A stretch of DNA of 54,615 bases, the filler included, from Porpidia crustulata (Eukaryota), in NCBI GenBank assembly GCA_964255105.1. It is 5 parts of 5 records of this genome, joined end to end, with 100 filler letters (N's around TTAATTAATTAA, not from the genome) between each part and the next. Parts side by side here need not be neighbours in the genome. Positions count along the whole stretch, not along the records: positions 1 to 10,872 come from CAXUWE010000720.1; positions 10,973 to 21,838 come from CAXUWE010000721.1; 3 more parts are not named here. One strand, 5' to 3'. The position numbers were made by a program, and so were the translations under genes. The notes under the pieces are model-generated. The model did not search any database. It saw only the letters and a list, made by a program, of their open reading frames with translations, and was not told where the DNA came from. Positions 1 to 11,057 of this stretch are shown in pieces (position 1 is the stretch's first letter; each line of letters opens with the position of its first letter).

Positions 1-2
1 GT

Positions 3-1115
3 GGGATGGTGGTGTGGTAGGGAAGAAAACTGAGTTGGTCGAGGTTCTTTTTTGATTCGAGGCGAAAGAGAAACATCGTCGGTATTCGGAAGCGTCGTCC
101 GAGAATGAAACGCAACGTCATCGAGGCTCCGCAGCTCCCGCATTTCCTCTTTGACGTGCACGTCGTCCCTATCCTCATCCTCGCAGACCCGGATCATCCC
201 CCGCCCTTTCGTGTCGAGCAGTCGCGTACCATCGAGATCCCTCGCTTCCTCCTCCTGCTTCAGCGCCGCGTCCTCGTAATCGCTCTCGCTCTCGCTCTCG
301 CCGCTTCGCCCCTGCTCTTCTTCCTTCTTGACCCCGTCGTCTTTCGCGTCGGAGAACCGGGCCAGTGCCGCTGCGGCGCGGAGTTCGCGGCCTCGGGCGC
401 TGCCGGCGACACGGGGCTTACCTTTTGGTTTTTTGCCGTTTTCGAGTTTGAGTTTTGTTTCTGCGTCGTCGCCGAGGGCGATACCGTTGGTCCCGAATTT
501 TCGTGCGATTCGCCGTTGCTGCCTTTCCGCGTAGGTCAAGCTGGTCGTTGCGCTAGGCTCTGTGCCCTTTCTCTTTCTCTTCCTCCCTCTGCTACTCCTG
601 AATGTTCCGCCGCATAGCCTCTCCGCCACGACATCCCCCTCCAAGCTCCCAGCGCCCTCATACTGCTCGCTCAACACCGTCTTCCCTCTTCCCCAGAACC
701 CGTCCCCGGTATAACCTTTTCCCCAAAGATCCCTTAGATCCCCCGCATACAGATTCCGCACCTTCCAAAACGCCCCCGAATGATTCATCTGCACGCAATG
801 CGCCAGCTCATGCATCATGACCATCTGTACGCTTCGAAACGGCAGCCAATGCCCTGTATGCTGCGCCCTGAGCACGAGCTGAATGATCTCACCGGCATTG
901 AAGTTCCGTCCGACGAATTCCCGGTTCGGGGGGAATTCCTCGAGGGCCATGATGGAGAGGTGGTGGGCTTTCATGATAGGGTGGCATATGGCAGCGATGC
1001 GTTCGAGAAAGTCTTGGGCGTAGGAAGCGGTGGCGCCCGGAAGGGGCTTAATGAAGATGATGCGGGAATTTGGTTGCTGGTGGCGGGCATTGAGGCGTTG
1101 GATACCGAGTGGCAT
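3..1115 (-). CDS. WLM-domain (Wss1-like) zinc metalloprotease, 3' end runs off the window
   Basis: Not in the ORF track because it is open at the edge. Manual translation from ATG 1115 gives MPLGIQRLNARHQQPNSRIIFIKPLPG...ALEEFPPNREFVGRNFNAGEIIQLVLR...WLPFRSVQMVMMHELAHCVQMNHSGAFW, with an HExxH motif in WLM context. The plus-strand ORFs 105..1220 are shadows. Confidence 0.88.
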   Translation of the reverse strand, partial: MPLGIQRLNARHQQPNSRIIFIKPLPGATASYAQDFLERIAAICHPIMKAHHLSIMALEEFPPNREFVGRNFNAGEIIQLVLRAQHTGHWLPFRSVQMVMMHELAHCVQMNHSGAFWKVRNLYAGDLRDLWGKGYTGDGFWGRGKTVLSEQYEGAGSLEGDVVAERLCGGTFRSSRGRKRKRKGTEPSATTSLTYAERQQRRIARKFGTNGIALGDDAETKLKLENGKKPKGKPRVAGSARGRELRAAAALARFSDAKDDGVKKEEEQGRSGESESESDYEDAALKQEEEARDLDGTRLLDTKGRGMIRVCEDEDRDDVHVKEEMRELRSLDDVAFHSRTTLPNTDDVSLSPRIKKEPRPTQFSSLPHHHP

Positions 1116-1565
1116 TTTGACGGATCCGAGAATGGTATTAGAGGCCTGCGACGTGGGTTTTCGATGGTCCTGGCTCGGACGCGCTGGCCCGGAAGATTGA
1201 GGTGGCTACATGATTGTTGACGGTTAAGGTGGTCAAAGAATCAGAATATGATGCCCTAAACTCGCTAACCCAAGACTAGCCTGATCTGGAAATTTGTCAT
1301 GAAAAGGTGCTCTACAACGAATAGCAATTTTATTTAAATTTATTAAAACCTAATACATGTCAGCAAAAGCTATCATATCTATCATAGAAACACTATAGAT
1401 GGAAATAATAGGAATAGTCCAGCCCTAATCTATTGGATAGCTTCGTACTTATACGCTATGTAATTATCGAGCTATAAAATATCTAGTAACTGCCCCCTTA
1501 CCTACGGCATCCAGCAATTCTCCGTTAAGATTCCTCCACTAGAGTCACACTACCGACCACAACTC

Positions 1566-3193
1566 CTAGTATCCCATGCCGTAGCTCTTGACACGACTCC
1601 AGAAGAATGCCTTGTCATTTCGAAGTCCAAATTCTGCCCAGTCATCGGTCAGCTTATTGTAGCTCCAAAAGCCTTTCCAATTCAATTTGTTATTCCTTGT
1701 GCCACCAGCTCTACCAGCACTTTTTAGTTCCAATTCCATCTTGTAGATGTATTTGTCAGGATGAACGCCTTCGGTCTCAATATGGACGGTTCCTTCTTCC
1801 TCGTCCTCTTTCCCTTGTTCGACATCGTCTCTGCTAGCCCGCACATTGCCACTGAGTCTCCATCTCCCCTTCAATGCATGCTTCATGACCGCACTGGGCA
1901 GAGCCCCTTGCCCATGTTCGTATGAGTGCATGTTTTCCTTTGATATATAATGAACCACGTCCCCCGGCTCAGTGGTCGTAAGCAAGCTGCAGCAAGACCC
2001 GTCACGAAAGAACCGTAGGTAGCGGTAATAAGTCACAATATGGACTGGCGTATTCCAGGACACCTGGGAAGCTGTAGAGGCACCAGGGCGAATGTAGTTA
2101 ACGGTGCTAATATAACAGCCATTGAAGCGGATGCGGGGGCGCCGGCGGAACATGACGGCGTAAGTAGGGTAGGCGGGGCTTAGTGGGAACGGAGACAATG
2201 GTGCGGTGAGATCAGGTTCAGGATAAATAGAGAGAGAGGCGAGAGAGAGTGGTTCTAAGTTGTGCAGTAGTGAGTTGCCCGATATGGAACAGCTCCAAGC
2301 GTACTGCATTGCACTGAAACCATATTCAGAGCCTAGACAAATGCGCCTCCAGATCTGATCTTCGGTAGCCACAAGGTACGCGAAGCGCTTGCTCACAATG
2401 GAAAGGCGAGCAAAAGACGCAATGTCGATGATGGCGGTCTGTGCGAGAATATCAATGAGGATTTCTGACGGGGTAGTTGCAATGGGGCAAGGTGGCGGAG
2501 GAGCCCCTTCGATTGGCGGTTCTGCTGGAACTACTAGAGAGGAAGCAAAAGAAGTAATAAGCTGTGAAACTGTAGATTCGGGGGGCCCGCCTAGGGAGTG
2601 ATGGGCAGTACTTGGGACTGTAACAGAAGCATTGGAGGGATTGGGATTCGTCGGTTTCGACTTGAACGAAGACGGAGGGAAATGCTTGTTCTTGTAGATT
2701 CGATCCACTCCTGCATCAAGCTGAAATTAAATCAACAGATCTTCAGATATCGTAAAACATGCTGAGTGTGTACCCTAAATGCTTTTCTGTAAAGATTGAG
2801 GCTATCCCCTAGATTGCCCTCAGTTTCTCTCTCAACAGCCTTTTCATAATGCTCCAACGCTGAGCTTGGTTCTCGAGCATTTCGAGTCTCTGGATGAATG
2901 CCACCACCTTCTTCACCCAACTTCCGCGCCTCATCTTTGTCTTCTAAATCATGATATGATTGCGTTTGGAGACCATCGTGGGTTTCTCCATCCTTTTGCG
3001 AATTGGGAAAGGACCATGACGAAGGAGCTTGAGATCCGGATGGTTGTTGTATCGAGCTTCCACTTCTTGTTGATCCTAATGGTCTTGCATCCCTACCATC
3101 TCCATTTGAGGATGCTCCTTTCGAGCGAGCAGTGACCTCCTCTTTCCATTGTTTACGGAAATTCTCGAGCTCTAAATCTGCTTCCTCGGCCAT
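1566..3193 (-). CDS. HRT3: F-box protein of the Hrt3/Pof7/FBXO9 family
   Basis: ELENFRKQWKEEV N-terminus; ALEHYEKAVERETEGNLGDSLNLYRKAFR; F-box-like PSEILIDIL...LSIVSKRF; C-terminal RPRIRFNGCYISTVNYIR and VTYYRYLRFF. Intron 2721-2773 (GT..CAG) joins the two ORFs. Confidence 0.85.
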
Positions 3194-3480
3194 CCTAAAG
3201 GTCTGTAGATTGCACTTACGGCTGAATCAGGACTATATTCCCCTACTTCTAGCAAGTCCAACAATTACTTTAGATATCAACGAACGTGCTTGAGTCATCG
3301 ATTAGATACCCTGTTGGCGCAAATAGCCGCGATGGTTTTGCGCGGCTTAGTTCCGCATCAAAAGAAGTTCGGAGGGAAAAAACCTCCCAATCTTAAATTA
3401 CATCATCCCATCACTAGGTAGATTTCCAGTCCTATAAACTAACAACATTGCGCCCGGTCAAGCTCTGTAGTAAGCGTTGG

Positions 3481-4886
3481 ATGTCCGCCTTTGTAACAGA
3501 GCCATTGAGGTCAGACGAGCATCTTTCTGCAAGGCAGCAGCATGGAGATCAGAGAGCTTGGCTCGGCACTGGTCAAGATGTTAATGAAATCAACCACATT
3601 GTGACCATGGACGAATCCAACGAGCCAGACCCTCAGATGGACATTTCGGCTGGGCAGAAGATGCTGTCCGCAGTGTCCGGCAGTCTTCTCACATCTCTTT
3701 TAGGTATATACCCTTCACACGTTACACATGTCTATCTACTGACACACATTGTCTAGTTACCCCCCTTGATGTCGTCCGAGTCCGTATTCAATCTCAACCT
3801 AATTCCACACCAATTCCTATTCGTACGTCAGCATCCCCTCCTTTCTCCTTCTCGAATCTACCTCCAAACCTTGGCGTCACCGCCTGCTGCCGCGAAGTTT
3901 TCTGGGTGAACAACGCCTCATCTTTCTGCATGGCCACCAGCCCTTCCGCCATATTCAGCTCCTCCGAAGCGTCAACTGCTGATTGTGCCGTGGATGAAGC
4001 TCGCCGTAAAACATTTAACTCTACCCTTGATGGATTGCAGAAAATCGCTCGGCACGAAGGTATTACATCTCTATGGAGGGGCCTCTCGCCCACCCTGGTC
4101 ATGGCCATTCCAGCAAACGTGATCTATTTTACGGGCTACGATTACCTACGTGCACATTCTCGAAGCCCTGTAAACACTTACGTTCCCGACGCCTATGCAC
4201 CACTCGCAGCTGGCTCAATAGCCCGTGTCGCAGCGGCAGCAGTCATCAGCCCAATTGAGATGTTTAGGACACGCCTCCAAGCCACAACTTCCAGCACTCA
4301 TGAAATGGGAGCATTCACAGAAACTCTCATTGGTCTCCGAAAAATGGTTCACTCACAGGGATATACTTCGCTCTGGCGGGGCTTGACCCTCACGATGTGG
4401 CGAGATGTTCCCTTCAGTGGCATTTACTGGTGGGGCTACGAAGCAATGCGGAATACCATACATAATATGCGGGACCCGCCGACTCAATTTTCACGGCCTC
4501 GCTCGGCCTCTATCAACGCCGAGAACCACACCGCTACCTTTGTAGACAGCTTTGTTGCAGGAGCTACTTCAGGTGCCGTAGCCTCCGTTATCACCACCCC
4601 TTTCGACGTGGGTAAAACCCGAAGACAGGTGCTCGAACACAGTGGCAGACCCGCAGAAGGAGTGTCTGGGAAAGTAGGCCTTAGACCAGAGGAACGGTCG
4701 ATGCCAAGATTTCTGTATCATATATGGCGGGAAGAGGGCGCTGCAGGATTATTCCGTGGTTGGGCAGCCAGATGCCTGAAGGTAGCGCCCGCGTGTGCGA
4801 TCATGATAAGCAGCTACGAGGTTGGGAAAAAGATGGCTAGAAATATGAATGAGAGGAAGGCGGAGGAAGGGGCAATGAACGCGTGA
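3481..4886 (+). CDS. MTM1: Mitochondrial carrier protein, Mtm1/SLC25A39-40-like
   Basis: Three Px[DE]xx[KR]xR signatures (PLDVVRVR, PIEMFRTR, PFDVGKTR); CCREVF insertion; APACAIMISSYE. Intron 3704-3756. Confidence 0.85.
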
Positions 4887-5877
4887 GCCGGTGGATGACT
4901 TTGAAGCCCAGAAGCTATCGTTCACCATGCCCTTGCAGACCGCCGTAAGATAGACAGCCTCGCTGATGGGAAAGCTTTACGAAGGATCTATCCTTACGGA
5001 ATGAGAATAGCGCTCTCAAGACAAATATGTCAACAGTCTACAGTCTACAACCATCTCACCCCTGGCAGTTCAAAATCACCATCAAACATAATGCTTTAAG
5101 AAGCCACAAAAGCGATCTAGAAGACTGATTGGCAAAATGGTCTCGACAAATATGAGCGCGTACGCAAGTCGAGTGTAAATATATTGGAGAAGGTCGAGGA
5201 TTGGTAATCGAGAAAAATGTAAAAGCATAGCGCGGTGTTTGGGATATTAATATTGCATGCGGGCTAGGAATCGTCAATCAATCTCAGTTCCACGTGTATG
5301 ATAATTTTGTACGTCTATGCTGTAGGTCATAAGTTCGTCTCATCTGGAACTCGTAAACTATGGGAACCAATGCGCGTTGTGATTCCTCATCTACGGCTCC
5401 AGCTCTGTCTTTTCAATGGTCCCCCATGTCCGTCTACCTTTCCGCATAAATATGCTTGAATAATAAGGTCAATCCCAGCCGGTATCGGGGGTATGATTGA
5501 CTTATGGCCTGATCAACGAAATCTTAAACCGTTGGACCAGATCAGGGGATAGGCACGAGCCGGACTGTCATATATACAGAGTGTTCACTCGTTGGCATTT
5601 AAGCTTCCGTGGCGAATTAGAGAGATATTGTGTTGAAGCTTGTCGAATAGCTAAGTCTGATTCTGCGCTCCTGTTTTCATAGGGATCTTTTGTGCCGTCA
5701 GGGATGGACATGAGATGTTCAAAAGGTCGCGGCTACAAACCGGCTCCCATTGACGCGGGATAAAGGTTTCCGAGAATGTCCGCACTCAACAATATCGCCT
5801 GTACACAAAGGCTAAGCCGCTGGTCGATTGAGGTTCCATGCGATCATTCGACTGCAACCAACCCTCGCGGTCTCCAC

Positions 5878-6735
5878 TCAAGCGTAAAACTTGAGACATC
5901 TATCCTCATCATGCGGGCCCTTGCACACAAGGCTGCAATACCTCGCTCCGCACCGGATACATTTGATCAGGCCCCAGTAGCCGCAGATCTCGCAGAAGTG
6001 TCGCTTCGGCTTCCCGGTCGGTGGCGCCGAACGCGCGGCGTTGTATGAGAGCGGCGGGGCGGAGAGGAGAGCTGCCATGACGGCTTCGGACGGTGCGGAA
6101 GGTATGTAGGATTTGAGCAGAGGGTCTTCGGCGCCTGGGTCCTTAGCTGCTACAGGTGCAGAAGTGGCTGGAGAGGGGTGGGAGCCGGTGGGAATTAAAG
6201 AGATGGATGGTAGGGGTTGTGTGTCAACTGCCACTGAGCGTTTCGCTGTTGATGCAGGTCCAGAGGCCTTTGATGTTGAGACACGAGGTGTTGATGGAGT
6301 TCCGGTAGGCTTGGAGATGGAAGCACGAGGTGCTGGAGCAACAGCAGCAGATTGGTTCGGAGTAGCGAGGGCAGCCTCCTCATCTGCCAGATGGTTTGCA
6401 AAGGTCTTTTGAGACATGAGTATCCGCCGGACATTCGACGTAGTCTTGCTTCTAGCCCCTCCAACCTTCGAAGCACTATCTTTGACCTTCGTCGGTATTG
6501 CGATTTGAACATCTCGATAATTATCCCTGTCTAAATCCGCAATGTGCTTTGCTATAGCGTTCTGCTGTCTCGTAGTGGCATTACCGCCAGTAATGCCGGA
6601 GGCCCTTGCGGCACGTTTCCGAGCGCCGGAGGGTTGGATGGCTGCCTTCGAGGGGTCGTAGCCATTGTCTGCGACGTAGGCCCAGCCCGGTGCAGAAATC
6701 GAGGTTGAATTGGGGACAACATCGACTTGAGGCAT
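5878..6735 (-). CDS. VPS71: HIT zinc-finger protein, SWR1 complex subunit Vps71/Swc6-like
   Basis: C-terminal FCEICGYWGLIKCIRCGARYCSLVCKGPHDEDRC; LDRDNY and RRILMSQKTFANHL motifs; ATG at 6735. Confidence 0.82.
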   Translation of the reverse strand: MPQVDVVPNSTSISAPGWAYVADNGYDPSKAAIQPSGARKRAARASGITGGNATTRQQNAIAKHIADLDRDNYRDVQIAIPTKVKDSASKVGGARSKTTSNVRRILMSQKTFANHLADEEAALATPNQSAAVAPAPRASISKPTGTPSTPRVSTSKASGPASTAKRSVAVDTQPLPSISLIPTGSHPSPATSAPVAAKDPGAEDPLLKSYIPSAPSEAVMAALLSAPPLSYNAARSAPPTGKPKRHFCEICGYWGLIKCIRCGARYCSLVCKGPHDEDRCLKFYA

Positions 6736-7325
6736 GTCGCGCAATTCTTTCTAGATATTATCATAGAGGAAGCATCCCGTGGACGCGACTATGATGGCAT
6801 TGAATCTTACCACGCAGTTCGACGAGTAAAAGACACATGACAGTCATATACCTAAGATGACAATCCCAAGCTGTTGAAGTGATTCATCTTCATGGTAATG
6901 AATGTGGAGATGCTACGATACGCAAAGATGTCTTACCGTAAGGAGAACTCCGCGCTAGTCCACTTATGTCAAGAAATCCTCGCCAAGGCCCAATCGGACA
7001 AGGGTAGGATAGAGGAGGTATTTATAGTATGTCTAATAGTAATGTGCAGTCAGACAAGTCAATTGTGGAGGCCAAGGTGACATGGGTGTCCAGCAGAGTT
7101 TCGAAAGAATTGCAATATGTGCTGATAGTGCAAAACAAAAGGCCCATAGCAGCGGCGGTTATGATCTCACGAGCTGGAAATTTGCGTAGTGGCCCACTTC
7201 TACTGTCATGCTACTTTCTTAATCCCCGATACATTTCCGTGGAGATTTCAATTCCCTTCATAACAACACAGAGCGAATCATGAATCATAGACAGGAGTTC
7301 AAATGCTTCGCCTTCACAGAGCACC

Positions 7326-7338
7326 CCGGCATCGCCCG
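7326..7338. promoter_or_regulatory. CCG-N7-CCG (CGG-N7-CGG) motif, candidate AOD2/AOD5 (AcuM/AcuK) alternative-oxidase induction site
   Basis: CCG-GCATCGC-CCG about 335 bp upstream of the AOX ATG; matches the induction motif described for the Neurospora aod-1 promoter. Confidence 0.55.
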
Positions 7339-7671
7339 ACTTCCCGGGATTTCCCTCAACACGAGACATTCCCATCGTCGAACAATGTATTTACCGCTAC
7401 CTTTTCCCCTAAATTCACCGATAGAATCCCGAACACAGATGACCTTGATGACCAACGTACCTTCTACTCCAGCGATTGGTGCATTCTCGTAAGGAACCGC
7501 TAAGGTACCCGAATGAACAACCACTGTAGACTTAGTAATCACAATTCTTCTCAGCCTCGCTCCAAAGTGGCACTTTAGATACTATTTCAAGTCTCTTTAC
7601 ACTCCAATCTCTATCAAATATTCCCTTCAACTTTTACCTTTCAACTCAACATACCCAAACGTTGAACATAC

Positions 7672-8885
7672 ATGTACGTATCAGCGAGGTCTACAGCAGC
7701 CTCGCTCGCCAACAGAAGGGCAGCTACAAAGCTCTCCCAAGTTGTCCAATATGCGGTGGACGACACACACGCTCCACTTCTTAGTCCCTGCTTGAACTGC
7801 TCTTTAGACCGTTCAAAGGGTCTCTCTTCTAGAAGGCCCTTCACAGCCACTGCCCGGACACAACTCAAGGAATTCTTCCCTCCTGCTACCGCACCGAGTA
7901 TCAAAGTCACTCCTCCAGCATGGCATCATCCAATGTACGCTTCCCACCAGATATTTCTGGTTCACTCCTTTGTAATAAAAATCATTGCTGACAGAATTTT
8001 AGCTACACCGAAGAGCAGATGAATGCCATCATTGTTGCTCATCGAGAGACCAAAAGCTGGGCCGATTGGGTAGCGCTCAGTATGGTGAAGCTCCTACGAT
8101 TTGGCATGGACACCGCGACAGGGTATAGCCATGCCAAGGAAGTGGCCAAGGGCAAAGAGGAGTCTGCCAAAGGAATCAGGCGAAACTGGTTTGCCATGAC
8201 CGAACGCAAATGGCTTGTCAGATTCCTTTTTCTTGAAAGCGTTGCAGGTGTACCAGGTATGGTCGGAGCTTCCGTACGACATCTCCACAGTTTGCGTCGA
8301 CTCAAACGAGATAATGGCTGGTGAGTTTGGTTGCCGGGAATGTCATGATTTTCCAAAAGCTTATATGATTTTAGGATCGAGACCCTTCTCGAAGAAGCAT
8401 ATAACGAGCGTATGCATCTCCTTACATTCATGAAGATGGCCGAACCGGGTCGTTTCATGAAATTCATGATTCTCGCGGCGCAAGGTGTCTTCTATAACGG
8501 CATGTTCCTATCGTACTTGATCTCACCTCGAATATGCCATCGCTTTGTGGGCTACCTTGAGGAAGAGGCGGTACTTACGTATTCCCGTGCCATCAATGAT
8601 ATCGATGCTGGAAAGCTGCCCAAGTGGGAAAATCTCGACGCGCCTGAAATCGCAGTCCGATACTGGAATATGCCAGAAAGCCACCGGAAGATGCGAGATT
8701 TGCTGTTATACATCCGTGCGGATGAAGCGAAGCACAGGGAGGTCAACCACACTTTGGGCAATCTTGAGCAGAAGAACGATCCAAACCCCTTCGTGAGCGA
8801 GTACGAAGATCCTGATAAACCTCATCCAACCAAAGGAATCGACAATATCAAACCCACTGGCTGGGATAGGAAAGACGTGGTCTAG
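7672..8885 (+). CDS. AOX1: Mitochondrial alternative oxidase
   Basis: [39 protein letters not shown] and [13 protein letters not shown] di-iron motifs; introns 7935-8002 and 8321-8374; Arg/Ser-rich targeting peptide. Confidence 0.96.
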
Positions 8886-9592
8886 AAAGAGAAAGGCGCT
8901 TCATATGAATATTTAGCGACACGGCGTTTTGCATGGTACTCCACTCTCAAGCTAGACACGGGTTTTAGGCGCTTTGTACGACGAGGCATTTTCACGGTGT
9001 CCAGGCAGGAATACCCACATGCTAAAAAATCAATAAGTAGATGAAAGAAATAGATTGCCCGAGCTGGGTTTTGCTTTGATGGGTGCTCTCACACGTGATG
9101 TCTAATCGGGTTTAGGTAGTACCTCTCAGTTTGGGGGGGGTGCGGTAAGGTACCTATCCCTCGATCTGGCTACGCCTAAGCCACTTGGAGCTCCCTGCAC
9201 CGAAGCTTGGAAGCTTCGACGGCAGATGCGAAGAATGACAGGGAAGCTCCAGCTATGAAACGACAAGGGGGAGCATTCAATGGGCGAGTCTGCCATTGTA
9301 CCTTCCCTCCAATCACCCCCCAAAATGCCCCTCACCCGCTAACTCGATAAGCTAAGCATAGAGTGGGTGAGTGAGTGGTCCCACATGTCCTGGCAAGCAG
9401 CAATGACCACACACATCTCACTCCCGAAAATGCATTCTAAACAATCATATTAATTACATTGTTACATAGCCAATTGATCTCTATACAGCTCGAGGAGTAT
9501 CCAATCAAAGCTTCCAAATCATTCGTTGACAATTGCGTGTGTGTTGTTGCTCTCGCTACCTTTCCGCCAGCCCGGCTTCCATGCGCCAGGCT

Positions 9593-10872
9593 ATGCCGCC
9601 TCGGGCATCCCTCACAAGCTCATTCTCCGCTTCCGATACCAACAACGAGGTCATTTGCCCGCTGACGAACCACGATGGTTTCAATTGCAGGAAACGCTGC
9701 GTTGGCGTGAGTGCCCTCGCTCATACAGTCTATTTGCATTGGCCGAGTTCTCGTTCCATCTGGTGAGTGGGAGAAATGGGTGGTGACAAGCAATGCAATT
9801 CAGGAGAAGCGCTATCGCTCGATGCAAGAGCACATACGGAGAGCCCACCCAGAGTACTATATCTCGAAGCTCCCCGCAACCGAGGAGAGCTTCCAGCTCA
9901 TGATCAATACTCCACCCTCGGAACGACCTCCACCTCCTCCACCTCCTCCACCAAATAATCCATTTAATGCAGGTGCGGAACAGCATTTGCTAGCATATCC
10001 AAAAAGGCTGACCTGAGTAGTTCATGGACACGATAGAGACGCCCCGCGACGAGATCACAGCCCGCCCGTACCACGAAGGACCTTGGAAGATGCGTATCCA
10101 GCGGCTGCAACGGCAGCTGTTGCGTTGGCACAACTCCATAATCATAGACCGGACTCGGATTGGGAGTCGGAAGCTGTAGGCAATATAAAAAATCACGATG
10201 AGTCTTGGCGATACAGCTAATTGCTTTGCGATAGGATAATGTTTCTGAGAATGAGGCTAAGAAATCACGGATGCAGTCATCTGTGGAACTTCCACCCATA
10301 CAAAACCACATAAACCGGCAGCCAGTATCTCCCTTTCACTCACCTAGGCCACGGGAGCTTTTACCCTCAATAATGACCAGCTCTCCCCCAGGACGTTCCT
10401 CCACATTACCTCCTCTCCAGAGAACCCATTCATTGCAGAAAACCGCGAAGCCAGCTAGACCGCGCAAATCGTCGATAACACAAAATAATAGTAAGCCGAA
10501 GCATGAAAGGACCAAATCAAAAGATCATGTACGTAGGCTCAGCATCGAGGGTAGAAAGGCATTTTCTGCAGAACCACCAACTCTGGCGGCCGTGGGCAAA
10601 AGATGGGAGGATCTTATTGAAGCAGCGACATCGGCCAATGAAGCTGACTCAGACCGGGATCTCACACCGGTTTGGCCCCACTCACGGGACATGGTATATA
10701 TGAAGCTAAATCTCCCCCCCAGATCCCCCAATCTCCCTCGTCCACCAAACGCGCCTCGCTCCCGCCATTCTCCTCGATCAACCACAGCAACGCAGAATCG
10801 TACAAGGCCTCCCCCCTCCAAAACGCCCTGACTCCACCTCCAGCCCGCGACCGCAGCGGCGTTGAGCCTTTC
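9593..10872 (+). CDS. Conserved fungal zinc-finger-like regulatory protein (resembles proteins annotated RfeD-type transcription factor); 3' truncated by linker
   Basis: Spliced ICPLTNHDGFNCRKRCVG|EKRYRSMQEHIRRAHP (Cys/His finger); RRLSIEGRKAFSAEP...GKRWEDLIEAATSA. Introns near 9707-9803, 9973-10020, ~10177-10234 and ~10670-10722. Confidence 0.7.
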
Positions 10873-10972
10873 NNNNNNNNNNNNNNNNNNNNNNNNNNNN
10901 NNNNNNNNNNNNNNNNTTAATTAATTAANNNNNNNNNNNNNNNNNNNNNNNNNNNNNNNNNNNNNNNNNNNN
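10873..10972. other. Artificial contig linker (N44-TTAATTAATTAA-N44)
   Basis: 100-bp spacer with a six-frame stop cassette. Confidence 0.97.
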
Positions 10973-11057
10973 GCGCCCAGTCCCCCCGGTAGGCCCGCAG
11001 CTTCGCGGGGGCGGCGGCCCGGCGGGGCCCCCCCCTGGGGGGGGGGGTATTTCTTCA

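Noticed and set aside
10917..10928. TTAATTAATTAA repeated at regular ~10.9-kb spacing
   Set aside because: Assembly linker inside N runs, not biological; ORFs ending in XXX-LIN are artefacts.
10973..11048. Extreme GC/homopolymer tract resembling a G-quadruplex or hairpin
   Set aside because: Lies at a contig end where the oxidase HCH exon is expected; looks like low-quality consensus.
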